IMG/VR virus record: IMGVR_UViG_3300014697_000001
Coordinates: 32,001-96,000 of that record
Length of the DNA: 64,000 nt
Reading direction: 5' to 3' (one strand)
From: a virus
Lineage: Duplodnaviria; Caudoviricetes
How positions within the stretch are numbered: the first letter of the stretch is position 1; every line of letters starts with the position of its first letter. The notes below the pieces were generated by a model. It was not told where the DNA came from. It searched no databases and saw only the letters and a program-made list of their open reading frames with translations. Made by a program: the position numbers and the translations under genes. Below are positions 1-10,304 of this stretch, piece by piece.

Positions 1-148
1 CGAGGCTCCGGTTAGCGATCGGTTGGGGCGGTTACTCGATCTCAAGCAGACCTACGGTTTCAGTGCGATCACCCGGGACTACCTTCGGTATCACGTTGAG
101 GTCCATGGGTATACGTTCACCATGATCCTAGGGATCGAAGGGGAGTAA
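1..148 (+). CDS. 3' end of hypothetical protein (partial)
   Basis: Frame 2 is open from the window start (EAPVSDRLGRLL...GIEGE) to TAA at 146-148. Confidence 0.5.
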   Translation, partial: EAPVSDRLGRLLDLKQTYGFSAITRDYLRYHVEVHGYTFTMILGIEGE

Positions 149-251
149 CGTGATGAAACCCGAGACATCGGCGTGCTAGACGCAAAACGATAACCGTCTA
201 CCTGAAATTGTTCACCGATGCGGTGACAGAGGCTTTATAAGGAGCAGTACC

Positions 252-662
252 ATGCAATCACCGACGCTTGAATTTCTCTCCCAGCACTATGGTCTGATCA
301 TCACAATTCACCAGCACCGTTACGGAGACGTTGTCATTGCGTTGATCACCCCGAGCGATGCCGCCGACAAAGTGATCAGTTCCATTGAAGATTGCAATGG
401 AGAGTACGAATGGGAGCTCTGGGGACTACGAGATAGCTGGTGGCCGATAGTCACAGGAGGCACCATCCCTGATGCCCTGGATCGCCTGGATCGTTTTCTC
501 TACGACCACAAACCTGACTGGTACTCGATACAAATCGGGATACAGCAGACCATCGAACAGGCGATTAGTGATCGTCATGAGAAATGCAAGGTGAAGTCCT
601 TCGATGAATTGCGCGATGCTATCTATCGCTGGAATCAGGGTGATGAAGTCGGCTTCTTCTGA
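252..662 (+). CDS. hypothetical protein
   Basis: 136-aa ORF with TAAGGAG SD upstream. Confidence 0.8.
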   Translation: MQSPTLEFLSQHYGLIITIHQHRYGDVVIALITPSDAADKVISSIEDCNGEYEWELWGLRDSWWPIVTGGTIPDALDRLDRFLYDHKPDWYSIQIGIQQTIEQAISDRHEKCKVKSFDELRDAIYRWNQGDEVGFF

Positions 663-855
663 AAACACCGTAGCTGACGATCTGGTGGAACACGCCCGGA
701 AGTGTCTAATACCGTTGAACAACAACTGGTCGCGCAAACGCAAGAACGCGCACCGCCGTACCCAATGTAGGATAGTGTCGATTGCCACGACGATCTCGGA
801 CATGCTGGTTGACGAGGTCCTCAAGCCACAGGAGATGGAACATGTTGAACAGTGA
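604..855 (+). CDS. small hypothetical protein (start probably 643)
   Basis: Fills the gap between 662 and thyA with overlapping ends. Confidence 0.45.
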   Translation: MNCAMLSIAGIRVMKSASSENTVADDLVEHARKCLIPLNNNWSRKRKNAHRRTQCRIVSIATTISDMLVDEVLKPQEMEHVEQ

Positions 856-2632
856 CCCGCGTCTAGTCGGAGTGCCCCAAGCCAAGATCGACCCCATTGT
901 AGAGGCTCTGTACGCTGAATGGGAACCTGCTTGCCAAGGTGAGGCAGTTCTTCAAGTGGTCCATAGTGTCTCCAGAAAGCTTCTCGAACAATGGAGGGGT
1001 TCTTACATCCGGCCTGGCGATATCGAGCTGTTCAATTACAGTATCCGCCAAGAGGTCGACGCGTGGATTGCAGAGAAGCACATAAAAGGCTTTACCGAGC
1101 TTAAAGCCGAAGACTTCTACTGGACAGTCACTCAGTCAGGTGACAGCTTTAACATCCAACCAACAGAAGCCCTCAGGCAACTGGATAAGGGTGTGTATCC
1201 GGTCAAGTTCTTCAGACCGAGTACTCAGACCCTTGCGGGTATGGTGGCAGAAGAGCTTGAAAAGATCACTCAGAAAAAGAAGGAACAACTTAAGATGAAC
1301 CACCAAGTAACTGATGAGCAACAGTACCTCGACCTACTGGAATCTATTGTGGACACCGGCCATTATAAGGGCGATCGTACTGGTACTGGAACCTATTCCA
1401 AGTTTGGTCAGCTCATGCGGTTTGATCTGACCGATAACAAGCTACCTTTACTGACCACCAAGCAGATGTATCACAAGAGTTTTTGCCATGAGACCCTGTG
1501 GTTCATCTCGGGCAGTACTGATGTCAAGTACCTGAAGGATCATGGAATCTCCATCTGGGACAGCTGGGTCAATCCCAAGACTGCGGTCTATACCGATAAG
1601 GAATATGATCGACTCGATGCCGATATCCGCAAGAAGATGGCCTGGGGCGGTGAGTCCATTCAGTTTGAAGTCTTTGATGTCAATGATCCCTCGTATTCGG
1701 CATTTGCCATGTCCTCTGCAAGTTACCACGTGGATCTGGGTTTTGCAAACCCCGTGGTTTTCTTCGACCCAGCTGTCTGGACAGTCTTTTCAGAAGAGGA
1801 GACGGCGTATCACGCGGTTATTCTTAAGGCAATGCAGTGGCTCGCGACTCAATGTGACATCAATACCAAAAGGCTCGTTTCGGGCTCCATCGGTCCAGGA
1901 GCCTACGGGGCCATGTGGCGTAACATCGAAGACATCCGCTCCATCGCACATGACGAGTTGGACGAACACCTAGATAAAGGGTTCCGTCTAAAAGGTGAGT
2001 TGGAAGGTGAATTGATCGTCACGCGTAAAATCGATCAACTCCAGAGCGCGATCAACCTACTGCGCACCAATCCTGACAGTCGGCGGATCATCGTCCACGC
2101 GTTCGATAACCGGATGGTGGACTTCTGTGAACTCCCACCGTGTCATTCGTTCTTCCAATTCCTCACCCGTGAGCTTCGACTGCACGAGCGAGCGAAGTGG
2201 TTCGAAAACAACGTTACATCGAAGACACAAGTGGGGTCGGGTAATGGTCCTGCTGGTGACGATCTCCACGCGTTCTACGATAAACACGGTGTCCCGCGTC
2301 GGGCATTGACTTGCCTACTGTATCAGCGTTCGATGGACGCGCCAGTGGGCGCGCCGTTCAACTTCTCCCAGTACTCACTCCTGACACACATGGTGGCGCA
2401 GGTCACTGGGATGGTGGCTGAAGAATTCGTTCACTTCGCAGGCGATGCTCACGTGTACGCCGACCAGGTGGATCTGGTTGAAGAGCAGATCAAACGTCCG
2501 ATTATCGAACAGACTGCTCGTCTGGTATTGAATCCTGAGGTCAAGGAGATCGATGGTTTCACCTTTGATGACATCTCGATCGTTGGCTACGATAACCATC
2601 ATCCTGCGATCAAGTACCCTGTCGCAGTGTGA
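842..2632 (+). CDS. thyA: thymidylate synthase with N-terminal extension and insertions
   Basis: Motifs [27 protein letters not shown] (catalytic Cys), YQRSMD...PFN and GDAHVY. GGAG SD precedes ATG 842; a possible internal start lies at 1295. Confidence 0.95.
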   Translation: MLNSDPRLVGVPQAKIDPIVEALYAEWEPACQGEAVLQVVHSVSRKLLEQWRGSYIRPGDIELFNYSIRQEVDAWIAEKHIKGFTELKAEDFYWTVTQSGDSFNIQPTEALRQLDKGVYPVKFFRPSTQTLAGMVAEELEKITQKKKEQLKMNHQVTDEQQYLDLLESIVDTGHYKGDRTGTGTYSKFGQLMRFDLTDNKLPLLTTKQMYHKSFCHETLWFISGSTDVKYLKDHGISIWDSWVNPKTAVYTDKEYDRLDADIRKKMAWGGESIQFEVFDVNDPSYSAFAMSSASYHVDLGFANPVVFFDPAVWTVFSEEETAYHAVILKAMQWLATQCDINTKRLVSGSIGPGAYGAMWRNIEDIRSIAHDELDEHLDKGFRLKGELEGELIVTRKIDQLQSAINLLRTNPDSRRIIVHAFDNRMVDFCELPPCHSFFQFLTRELRLHERAKWFENNVTSKTQVGSGNGPAGDDLHAFYDKHGVPRRALTCLLYQRSMDAPVGAPFNFSQYSLLTHMVAQVTGMVAEEFVHFAGDAHVYADQVDLVEEQIKRPIIEQTARLVLNPEVKEIDGFTFDDISIVGYDNHHPAIKYPVAV

Positions 2633-2650
2633 CAGAACACGAGGAGTGAA

Positions 2651-3019
2651 ATGATGGTCAAAGACTTCACCCTGATCGATACCCGCAACCTCACCGGCAT
2701 AGCACTTCGCTATGCCGTGGCCAAAGCTTTGGGGCTGGACTTTGTCGTCCACCCACCCGAGTACGGCCTCGGACATCGGATTCTGATCAAGGGCCAACCC
2801 AACTACTTCCGCCCAGAAGCAGAGTGGGCTGAGATGGCATTCATCGAACCAGCGTGGCGAGAAGTGACAGGTTGGTTGATAAATGAACTGGGGCCAGACT
2901 GGTACAGTGAGATCGACGCCCGTCAAGGCGACCTTCAGCGCTGGTTCTGTCGAGGACTGGTGGGGGCGCGTCTCGGTAACGAGGTGATGATTCCATCCTA
3001 TCTTGTCGTGTCCAGCTAG
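2651..3019 (+). CDS. NinX/DUF2591-like phage protein
   Basis: LTGIALRYAVAKALG...YFRPEAEW...LVGARLGNEVMIP resembles the family pattern; GAGGAG SD. Confidence 0.6.
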   Translation: MMVKDFTLIDTRNLTGIALRYAVAKALGLDFVVHPPEYGLGHRILIKGQPNYFRPEAEWAEMAFIEPAWREVTGWLINELGPDWYSEIDARQGDLQRWFCRGLVGARLGNEVMIPSYLVVSS

Positions 3020-3030
3020 GGAGTTAAGCA

Positions 3031-3189
3031 ATGCGTATTCATCTTGATCCGGCCATTAAGGATCGCATGACCAGGACTGAGGTCAGGGACGCCTGCTACT
3101 ACCACCATGGTCGCGGTCTGGCGGTAGGGTTTCTGGCAGGAATGGCAACGGCAGGGATCTTCACTTTAATCATCCGTTTGTTGGGGTAG
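3031..3189 (+). CDS. small membrane protein (52 aa, not in ORF track)
   Basis: GGGAG SD; MRIHLDPAIK...GLAVGFLAGMATAGIFTLIIRLLG has a C-terminal hydrophobic helix. Confidence 0.6.
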   Translation: MRIHLDPAIKDRMTRTEVRDACYYHHGRGLAVGFLAGMATAGIFTLIIRLLG

Positions 3190-3234
3190 GCATATACCCG
3201 AAATTGTGCCTTATTTAAAACAGGAGTGTTGAAC

Positions 3235-3531
3235 ATGACAGTAGAATTCAAGCCTGCAGCTGAATCGCCCTTACAAGGGTTTAAGATGTCCGACAAACAA
3301 CGGCTCAAAATGGTAGTTGGGATTCTGGAAGGGGTACTGAAGATCGACGTAAGTCGATTTAAGGTAGGGCGTGTCTACCATATCCGAAACTCCGACAACC
3401 TGATGATGATCAACGACATTGGACGCCATCCAATTAGCCAAGTCCCGACAGCGTATGGTTTCCAGATCAGCACTGAAGGTCACAGTCCTCATTGCATCGA
3501 ACTTTACGAACTAGGCAAAGAGTTCGTGTGA
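3235..3531 (+). CDS. hypothetical protein
   Basis: AGGAG SD; coupled to the next gene by TGATG. Confidence 0.75.
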   Translation: MTVEFKPAAESPLQGFKMSDKQRLKMVVGILEGVLKIDVSRFKVGRVYHIRNSDNLMMINDIGRHPISQVPTAYGFQISTEGHSPHCIELYELGKEFV

Positions 3532-3758
3532 TGGCATTGTTCACCCTCACCCCTCCTGATCAGGTGATATATGCGGAATATACAGTCATTACCAAGTACA
3601 GGTTAATCCACCTCGATACAGGGTTCTGGCACCGTCTCATGTATCGGTACGTGCCGTCCGGGGCAGACCATCAGCTAATGCAGTATCTGTACAAGAACTA
3701 CAAGATCAAGCGCCATCAGATCAAGTCCATTCAACGGAGGGTGAGACCTCCATTTTAA
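3531..3758 (+). CDS. hypothetical protein
   Basis: TGATG stop/start overlap. Confidence 0.65.
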   Translation: MALFTLTPPDQVIYAEYTVITKYRLIHLDTGFWHRLMYRYVPSGADHQLMQYLYKNYKIKRHQIKSIQRRVRPPF

Positions 3759-3778
3759 CTACTCGAGGAGGCAGTATC

Positions 3779-4105
3779 ATGCCCACGGCACGAACCCTCA
3801 ACCATCTTTATCAGCTACAGCGAGAACTCCACGAACGTCTACAGGGAGTGGATGAATGCATTCACCGTATTGCAGCCTTATTCAAGGACATCGATGAGGA
3901 CCTGCCTGCGTTGACAGAAGACTGGGAAGGATTGGTGAATTCGAACGAGGCGATGCGGATACTGTCTGTCTCCTCCACAACACTTAACAGGTACAGGAGC
4001 GGCAACTATCCTGCCGGCCGGGCTGCATTCCCCACCCCTGTTAAGTACAAAGGCAGGTCGCCATACTGGCACCGGGATGATCTGATTCGCTGGTGTTCTA
4101 CCTGA
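3779..4105 (+). CDS. AlpA/excisionase-like winged HTH DNA-binding protein
   Basis: LVNSNEAMRILSVSSTTLNRY...FPTPVKYKGRSPYWHRDDLIRW plus an N-terminal coiled coil; GAGGAGG SD. Confidence 0.75.
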   Translation: MPTARTLNHLYQLQRELHERLQGVDECIHRIAALFKDIDEDLPALTEDWEGLVNSNEAMRILSVSSTTLNRYRSGNYPAGRAAFPTPVKYKGRSPYWHRDDLIRWCST

Positions 4106-4113
4106 CTGTGACT

Positions 4114-4146
4114 AGGAGATGCCTTCGGGCATCTCCTTATGTCCGA
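4114..4146 (+). terminator. hairpin terminator (UUCG loop)
   Basis: AGGAGATGCC-TTCG-GGCATCTCCT followed by TATGTCCG. Confidence 0.75.
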
Positions 4147-4222
4147 CTCGCCTTATTTTTTCGTTCGATATCGTTATGTATAAGCCGTCTCGGCATTCTC
4201 ATTCTTTATCTGGAGGTGGAAA

Positions 4223-4291
4223 ATGCCACCTAGTCTCGCATTACTGTTAAGCAAAATAACACAGGTCTTTGTAATTATCCGTTATCTTTGA
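4223..4291 (+). pseudogene. 22-aa stub resembling the N-terminal helix of tail-fibre proteins
   Basis: TATG motif and GGAGGT SD precede MPPSLALLLSKITQVFVIIRYL*. Confidence 0.4.
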
Positions 4292-4301
4292 ACGGATAAC
4301 C

Positions 4302-4308
4302 ATATGTA
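4302..4308 (+). promoter_or_regulatory. TATG late-promoter-like motif (also near 6859, 11065, 12489, 14534, 15129, 32701, 39813, 49602, 50447; minus strand near 54912 and 58223)
   Basis: AT-rich run plus TATG lies tens of nt upstream of structural genes; matches the phiKZ non-virion RNAP late consensus. Confidence 0.55.
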
Positions 4309-4343
4309 CCGATCCTTCCCAGCCTTTCAAGAGATGCACAACT

Positions 4344-5084
4344 ATGGTCATTGTGACTCAGCTTAAAGAAAGTATGACTGCCTTGTTCACCGCTATTCGA
4401 TCCCATATCGACACCAAGCTGGGTAAAACCGAAAACGCTGTCTCAGCCACCCGTCTTAAAGACCCCTTTACCCTCACCTTAGAGGGTGACGTCCATGGAA
4501 GCGTGAGCCTGCGAGGTGATGCCCCTGCCATCATGGTGGTTAGGCTCCCTATGGCCTCCGTGGCGCCAGGTAGCTACTCGAAAGTATCCTTGGACGAGAA
4601 GGGACGCATTGTCGCTGCTGAACTGCTCATGGCGGCCGACATCCCAGCTCTCGATGCCAGTCAGGTTACTACTGGTACCTTCAGGGTCACTCGGATTCCT
4701 GGTTTGGACGCCAGTAAAACGGTCAGTGGTCAATTTCAGGAAGCCCGCATCCCTAACTTACCGATCTCCCATGTGACCGGACTTCAGACGGCGCTGGACA
4801 GTAAAGCGGCAGCAGACAGCCTCCCCTCGCGGTGGTATAGTGAGTTCAGCCTGCTGGCCGATACGCCGGTGGTATTCGACATCGCATCTATTTTTGGTCG
4901 ACCTGTTGATGGCGCTTCGTTGGTAATTTCACTCCGGGTTCTCGACACTGACGATACATCCCCTACCTACAACAAATACATCAACGCTGAAGCAGTCGCT
5001 ACTGTGGCAGTATCGGACAGTGAGGTAGTTGTGTTTAATCACTATACATCTACATTGATGTTCACGTTGGCATTGATTGCTTAA
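4344..5084 (+). CDS. short tail-fibre-like protein
   Basis: Shares IDTKLGKTENAVSAxRL, GSYSKVSLDEKGRI and IPxLDAS motifs with the 6901 fibre. Confidence 0.8.
   Translation: MVIVTQLKESMTALFTAIRSHIDTKLGKTENAVSATRLKDPFTLTLEGDVHGSVSLRGDAPAIMVVRLPMASVAPGSYSKVSLDEKGRIVAAELLMAADIPALDASQVTTGTFRVTRIPGLDASKTVSGQFQEARIPNLPISHVTGLQTALDSKAAADSLPSRWYSEFSLLADTPVVFDIASIFGRPVDGASLVISLRVLDTDDTSPTYNKYINAEAVATVAVSDSEVVVFNHYTSTLMFTLALIA
4407..4449 (+). repeat. 43-bp direct repeat, copy 1 (copy 2 at 6967-7009)
   Basis: ATCGACACCAAGCTGGGTAARACMGAAAACGCTGTCTCAGCCA, 2 mismatches between copies. Confidence 0.9.
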
Positions 5085-5099
5085 TGCGAGGTGATTTAA

Positions 5100-6773
5100 A
5101 TGGCTAACTACCAACACGTATCGCTCGTTCGGGCAGGTTATCTGAACGAGGTCATTCTCGAAAACGAATACATGAGCGTTGGTATCAGCTCTAACGGCAC
5201 ACATGGTACTAACGTTCCAGCGCCAGCTGGTTTCCACCCCATTACCAGTGTTCGTCAGACCGTTGGCCTGAGTATTAATCAGGAGGGCTTTAGCAGCGGA
5301 CAGCCGCCCACCGTTGGCGATTTCTTTCTACCCGGTATGCCAGAAGAGAGATTTACGGTAGGTATTAACGGCACCTCGTCGTTTTATAACACTCGGGATG
5401 GTGCGCAGGCCATCACCCCGATCAGTATCAGGGATGATTCGACAGCGTCACAGTTAAAATGCACCTGGACAGGCGCTGTTGCAGGGGTGTTTGACCTGAC
5501 GCTGTCATATTCGATTAACCCGTTGGATAAATATTTCAGCTGCACCGCCACCATTACGAATCGCTCTAACGCGGTCCAGTCCAGGGTTCGGTTTGTACGC
5601 TCCTTCGATCCGGATCAGGACCACGACCTCAGAGGTAGTTTCAACACCACCAATACCATTGAACTCCAGGGACCTACCGACGGCCAATCCTATATCCGTG
5701 CCAACGGCGTGGTTACAGGTGCGCCTTTTTCATTCTACTCGGACGATCCTCGCTCGTATGTCGGCACGGACTTTGGTGGTATAGCGCCAGCGACAGCCTA
5801 TGTAGCCAACGTAACAGGCCTGCCTAAAGGTTACTCGAGCACCGGGGACGCGGGGATATGCATTGCGTTTGAAGAACCATCCCTCGCGCCAGGTCAGTCC
5901 GTTACATTCACATACTACAGTAGTTTGGCGGCGACAGCTCAGGAAACCATCAACGAGATTCGTTCAGGTTTCACCCTATCTGTGCCTTCGGGATCGACTG
6001 TCACCCCTAGTGTTGATGTAGACAGATCCGTCGTTATTCCTGTCTCAGTTGCAACGCTCAGTGGGGTGCGTGACGGGCCGATCACCGTCAAGTACAGAAC
6101 GATCAACGACACGGCACTGGCTGGAACAGATTACACGAGCACTACAGGGACGATAACCTTCCCGGTAGGGACGGACTTGGTAAACATACCGATCACCGTG
6201 CTTAAAACCTCCCAAACAGGAGGCAGTAAGGCTTTTAACTTAGAGCTTTACGATGTCACTGGCGGTCGATTACTGAACAGTCTCTGTAAGGTGACGCTGG
6301 CGTATAACGCCATCCCGGCACCGGATGTGGTTGTACGCAGTCCTCAGAATTCCTTATTCGCAGATTCGTATAAGTTAGAGCTTTCGATTACCCCCCGCTC
6401 CCCTGTCCTCCATTCCGGGACTGTCACCAAGTCAGGCGTCACTGTAGCCACCTGGTCCACTGAAGACGGACTGACAGCCATAGTACCGTGTAGTTCAGTA
6501 CAACTCGCCAAAGGAGTCAACACGTTCTACCTCAACTTCACCACCCCTTCATTTGCCCCCGTTGCAGTGCTGGCGACGCGGCTAAATATCACCAACAGCA
6601 ATAACTTTAGGCTAAGTAAAATTGCGACCAGTCTCATGGTGGGTGAACTAGGGGGGCGAATAGTAAGCGCTGCTCGACTATTGCGACTGGCACGACAATA
6701 CGACGCCACATTAGTCAAGCGATCGACGTCAGGTGCTTTTCAGCACCTGTTCAATAAGTTCAGGGATATTTGA
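5100..6773 (+). CDS. putative virion adhesin with Calx-beta domain
   Basis: ITVKYRTINDTALAGTDYTSTTGTITFPVGTD is a Calx-beta signature; beta-rich N-terminal domain (GDFFLPGMPEE, RSFDPDQD). Confidence 0.75.
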   Translation: MANYQHVSLVRAGYLNEVILENEYMSVGISSNGTHGTNVPAPAGFHPITSVRQTVGLSINQEGFSSGQPPTVGDFFLPGMPEERFTVGINGTSSFYNTRDGAQAITPISIRDDSTASQLKCTWTGAVAGVFDLTLSYSINPLDKYFSCTATITNRSNAVQSRVRFVRSFDPDQDHDLRGSFNTTNTIELQGPTDGQSYIRANGVVTGAPFSFYSDDPRSYVGTDFGGIAPATAYVANVTGLPKGYSSTGDAGICIAFEEPSLAPGQSVTFTYYSSLAATAQETINEIRSGFTLSVPSGSTVTPSVDVDRSVVIPVSVATLSGVRDGPITVKYRTINDTALAGTDYTSTTGTITFPVGTDLVNIPITVLKTSQTGGSKAFNLELYDVTGGRLLNSLCKVTLAYNAIPAPDVVVRSPQNSLFADSYKLELSITPRSPVLHSGTVTKSGVTVATWSTEDGLTAIVPCSSVQLAKGVNTFYLNFTTPSFAPVAVLATRLNITNSNNFRLSKIATSLMVGELGGRIVSAARLLRLARQYDATLVKRSTSGAFQHLFNKFRDI

Positions 6774-6780
6774 CACCCAC

Positions 6781-6817
6781 CACCTCCTGTCAGGCAACTT
6801 TAGCCTGACAGGAGGTG
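6781..6817 (+). terminator. 15-bp stem hairpin
   Basis: CACCTCCTGTCAGGC-N7-GCCTGACAGGAGGTG. Confidence 0.75.
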
Positions 6818-6900
6818 TCTATGTGACGTCACATGTCATCCGCCATTAAGCAAAATACTATGTATCCAACCCCGTCCATTCCCGCACGAGATATTCTGCG

Positions 6901-9201
6901 ATGCTAATCAATCTGCCACAAATCAAAACCAGCATCACGGTATTGTTGACCAACATCCGTAATGCCATCGACACCAAGCTGGGTAAGACAGAAAACGCTG
7001 TCTCAGCCAGCCGCCTGTTGACACCCCGTAAAATCGCCCTGACCGGTGACGCCACTTGGGACGTAACATTTGATGGCGGTGCTGATGTCACTAATGTCCT
7101 GACACTTACCAAAACAGGCGTCAATGTTGGGAGCTACGGATCTGACCTGGAAACCCCTGTCTTGACCGTGGACAGTAAAGGACGGATCGTCTCCGCAGCA
7201 AGTACAGGTATCCGCCTCGCCAGTCTTACGAAAACCGGAGTGGTGCAATTATCGTCTGCTGTCAATAGTACCAGCGAGACACAGGCCTCCACCCCTAAGG
7301 CTGTTAAGGCCGCCTACGACCTTGCAGCGGCTGCTGTTCCAGCCAGTGAAAAAGGAGTGGCCTCCGGTGTTGCTACCCTGGACAGTAACGGTAAGCTCAC
7401 TGCTGCGCAGATGCCAACGACGGCTGCCAAAGCAACCGATGCCGAGAAACTGGGAGGTAACCTGCCAGCATTCTATCAAGACGCATCCAACCTGCTGGCA
7501 GGGACCTTGCCAACTGACCGCTTAGGTGATTCGGGGGCTGTCCCCGGAGACTACACCAAAGTCACCATCGATGCCAAGGGGCGGGTAGTCTTTGGGAAAA
7601 ATCTGGCCGCTGCAGACATCCCGACACTGGATGTCAGTAAGATCGGCAGTGGGGTGTTTCCAGCCGCTCGCATCCCGACCCTAAACCAGAGCACGACCGG
7701 AAATGCCGCCACAGCAAGTAAGGTGGTCGCCACGGCAAGTGATGATGGGACTGCTGAACTGCTGTTGGGGACCATGGGGGCCAATGACAAGTTTCGCATC
7801 CTCATCGGCGGCGCTAATGATTTAGGGTATGCTGAGATCGCCACGGCCGACAATGGCGGCGAACCGATCTATGTACGTCAGTATTCAGGTGTCTTCACTG
7901 ACCTGCGTCGTGAAGCAGTACTGCTCGATGCCAACGGTAACACTTCATTCCCCGGAAACTTGCGTGTCGAGGGAGGCATGACCTTCGATACGATCAGGCA
8001 TGTCAACTCGTACACCCAGCGCTTTTCACAGTCCTATGTCCCGACCAGTTACATGGTCGATGGTGAATACCAGGAAGTCCTGACTATCACGCCTTCGTCT
8101 TCGTCCCAGAACTACGTCATCAAAGGGCGGGTGGTGACGCAGGTCTCAATGACCATCCAGATCATCGACTTCACCGTCACATTGCGTTCCAACACCTTGC
8201 CTGACCTTGCCTGGGAAGCCAGCTATTCCGAGGAATTATTTGGCGGGATTTCGTTTGTCACCCCAGTCATTTGGGCCAAAGAAACCGACGCCGCCGTCTG
8301 GAAACTGGCCCTCAAGCACAATTCGGGCACTATCCACAACATCACAGTCGATGTTGAAGTGATTAACCGTGGCAATTACGACGATACGCGGATGAACACG
8401 GTGGTGACCTCCGAAACAACCGTGGTACCTACTGGCTACGTTGAGCATTCGATATCCAGGATGGCGACGGTTGTAAACCGGGCGATTAGCTTCGTTAATA
8501 ATGTCACCGCCCCATCCTTTACTGGCAACCTGGCTGGCAATAGCAACACTGCAACTAAGTGGTTAACTCCTCGCAGTATCGACATGACCGGCGATGCGAC
8601 CTGGACAGTGTCGATGGATGGTAGCGCTAACGCTTCAGCTGCGCTGACATTGTCAGACAGCGGTGTGGTCGCTGGCAGTTACAGTAAAGTCAGCGTTGAT
8701 GCAAAAGGCCGTGTATTGGAGGGCCTACCCCTTCTGGCCAGTGACATCCCTAACCTTGCCATCGGTCAGATCGATGGCCTGCAAGCGCAGTTAAACAACC
8801 AGGCTCCTGACAGTATCCTGGTCAGCGATACCCTGATCGCACCCCTGAATGGTGGCGGATACACCTACCGCAACCTTCAGCCTGTCATGATCAACCACGG
8901 CAATCGTTCCGGCGCCCTGCAACTTGACCTCGCGCTGGGCAGTGTCCACCGTGTCAGTGTTGTCGGTACGACCACGTTTACATTCGCCAACTTCTCGCAA
9001 CAGGCAGATGCATTCACCATCTTTGAAGTCATTCTGCAGGGTGCTGGCAATTACAGCATTATGTGGCCGACATCCGTCATCTGGGAAAACAACACCCCGC
9101 CACCGTTGGCCATGGGAACCAAGAAAACCATCTTGAATTTCCAAAGCCCCGACATGGGCGTTACGGTTTACGGTTCAGTCCAGGTAAGTGAGGTGGCGTG
9201 A
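6901..9201 (+). CDS. tail fibre protein
   Basis: Phage fibre repeat ASLTKTGVVQLSSAVNSTSETQASTPKAVKAAYD and EKGVASGVATLDSNGK; duplicated LTPRxIxxTGDATW and YxKVxxDAKGRV modules. Confidence 0.9.
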   Translation: MLINLPQIKTSITVLLTNIRNAIDTKLGKTENAVSASRLLTPRKIALTGDATWDVTFDGGADVTNVLTLTKTGVNVGSYGSDLETPVLTVDSKGRIVSAASTGIRLASLTKTGVVQLSSAVNSTSETQASTPKAVKAAYDLAAAAVPASEKGVASGVATLDSNGKLTAAQMPTTAAKATDAEKLGGNLPAFYQDASNLLAGTLPTDRLGDSGAVPGDYTKVTIDAKGRVVFGKNLAAADIPTLDVSKIGSGVFPAARIPTLNQSTTGNAATASKVVATASDDGTAELLLGTMGANDKFRILIGGANDLGYAEIATADNGGEPIYVRQYSGVFTDLRREAVLLDANGNTSFPGNLRVEGGMTFDTIRHVNSYTQRFSQSYVPTSYMVDGEYQEVLTITPSSSSQNYVIKGRVVTQVSMTIQIIDFTVTLRSNTLPDLAWEASYSEELFGGISFVTPVIWAKETDAAVWKLALKHNSGTIHNITVDVEVINRGNYDDTRMNTVVTSETTVVPTGYVEHSISRMATVVNRAISFVNNVTAPSFTGNLAGNSNTATKWLTPRSIDMTGDATWTVSMDGSANASAALTLSDSGVVAGSYSKVSVDAKGRVLEGLPLLASDIPNLAIGQIDGLQAQLNNQAPDSILVSDTLIAPLNGGGYTYRNLQPVMINHGNRSGALQLDLALGSVHRVSVVGTTTFTFANFSQQADAFTIFEVILQGAGNYSIMWPTSVIWENNTPPPLAMGTKKTILNFQSPDMGVTVYGSVQVSEVA

Positions 9202-10304
9202 TGTTAGTCGGACATGCAGGTGGTCGATCAAAGTGGAATGCCGCCAGTCTCATGGCGGGTACCAAGGTAACCACCCCCGGCGTCTGGTCGACGATTGAAA
9301 TTCCGTTTGGTGACGGTGGCTACGCGTTACTCATCGGTGGAGGGGGAGGCAGTGCCTATAACCCGGGATATAAAGGTCAGTTAGGGGGTGCTGGGGCGGC
9401 CGTAAAGGTCTGGCTCGGACCTGGTCGGTACCGGGTCTGGATCGGACTTGGGGGATTGTCGCTGGGTGCTGCTGCTGGACGGACTGACAATTCTGGATAC
9501 GCCGCTCACGGCGGGAAAGGTGGAAAAGGCGGAACTGAATCAAGCGAAGGGGGATCGGGAGGAACCCCTACCATCCTTGAGAAGCAGGCCAATGACGGCA
9601 GTTGGCAAATGGTCGCCGTCGCAGGGGCTGGGGGTGGCGGAGCCGTCCATGTCAACAGCTCTACATCCAGGGGCGGTGGTGGCGGCACCTGGTCCAAACA
9701 CACGTTAGACAACCAGTTACTGGTGGTCGATGGCGGTCACCAGGGGACGCTGGGTGGGGGCTACGGTGCTATCGCGGATCGCTTGGCAGGGGCTGGGGGA
9801 AGTAGTTTCTATCTAGGCGCAGTGGGGTTCACTGTGCCTGGTCTAGCTGCAGATGTACTTAACCAGTGGTCAGGTGGCCATGGCGCTGACCACCCGAGCG
9901 GATACACCCCAGGCGGTGGTGGCGGTGGGGGTTATGGCGGCGGGGCTGGGGGCGCTCCTGGAGCGACTACCACCACCACTGCCACCCGAGGCGGTTATAT
10001 CCTCGATGTCAACAATGTACGCTGGGGCGGCACCGGCAGTGGTGGTGGCCATTCCAATAGTTGTGGCGGTGGCGGAGGGGGTGGCGGTAGCTTCTATCCG
10101 CTCAATGATTCTCGCTCAGGTGAAGTTGTGGGCAGGGCCCGTGCACTGACGGCATATGGCACGTCTTCAACCACCTACCGTGCAACGATCTCCCCTGTCG
10201 TCAACCTCAACGGCCTCGATCCACTGACTGGCGCCGGCGGTATTCAGAACCAAGCAGGTGCAGCTGGAGGGTTTGTCTTCTGTGGTGTCACGGCTCCGTT
10301 TTGA
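9198..10304 (+). CDS. glycine-rich adhesin / receptor-binding protein
   Basis: Many GGGGG tracts (polyglycine-sandwich type); GTGA overlap with the fibre stop. Confidence 0.75.
   Translation: MMLVGHAGGRSKWNAASLMAGTKVTTPGVWSTIEIPFGDGGYALLIGGGGGSAYNPGYKGQLGGAGAAVKVWLGPGRYRVWIGLGGLSLGAAAGRTDNSGYAAHGGKGGKGGTESSEGGSGGTPTILEKQANDGSWQMVAVAGAGGGGAVHVNSSTSRGGGGGTWSKHTLDNQLLVVDGGHQGTLGGGYGAIADRLAGAGGSSFYLGAVGFTVPGLAADVLNQWSGGHGADHPSGYTPGGGGGGGYGGGAGGAPGATTTTTATRGGYILDVNNVRWGGTGSGGGHSNSCGGGGGGGGSFYPLNDSRSGEVVGRARALTAYGTSSTTYRATISPVVNLNGLDPLTGAGGIQNQAGAAGGFVFCGVTAPF

Noticed and set aside
842-2632. dCMP/dUMP hydroxymethylase (modified-base system)
   Set aside because: Has the dUMP-specifying Asn and a DHFR partner, consistent with ordinary ThyA; no base-modification cluster seen
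3779-4105. Prophage integration module
   Set aside because: No integrase, att site or host genes in the window
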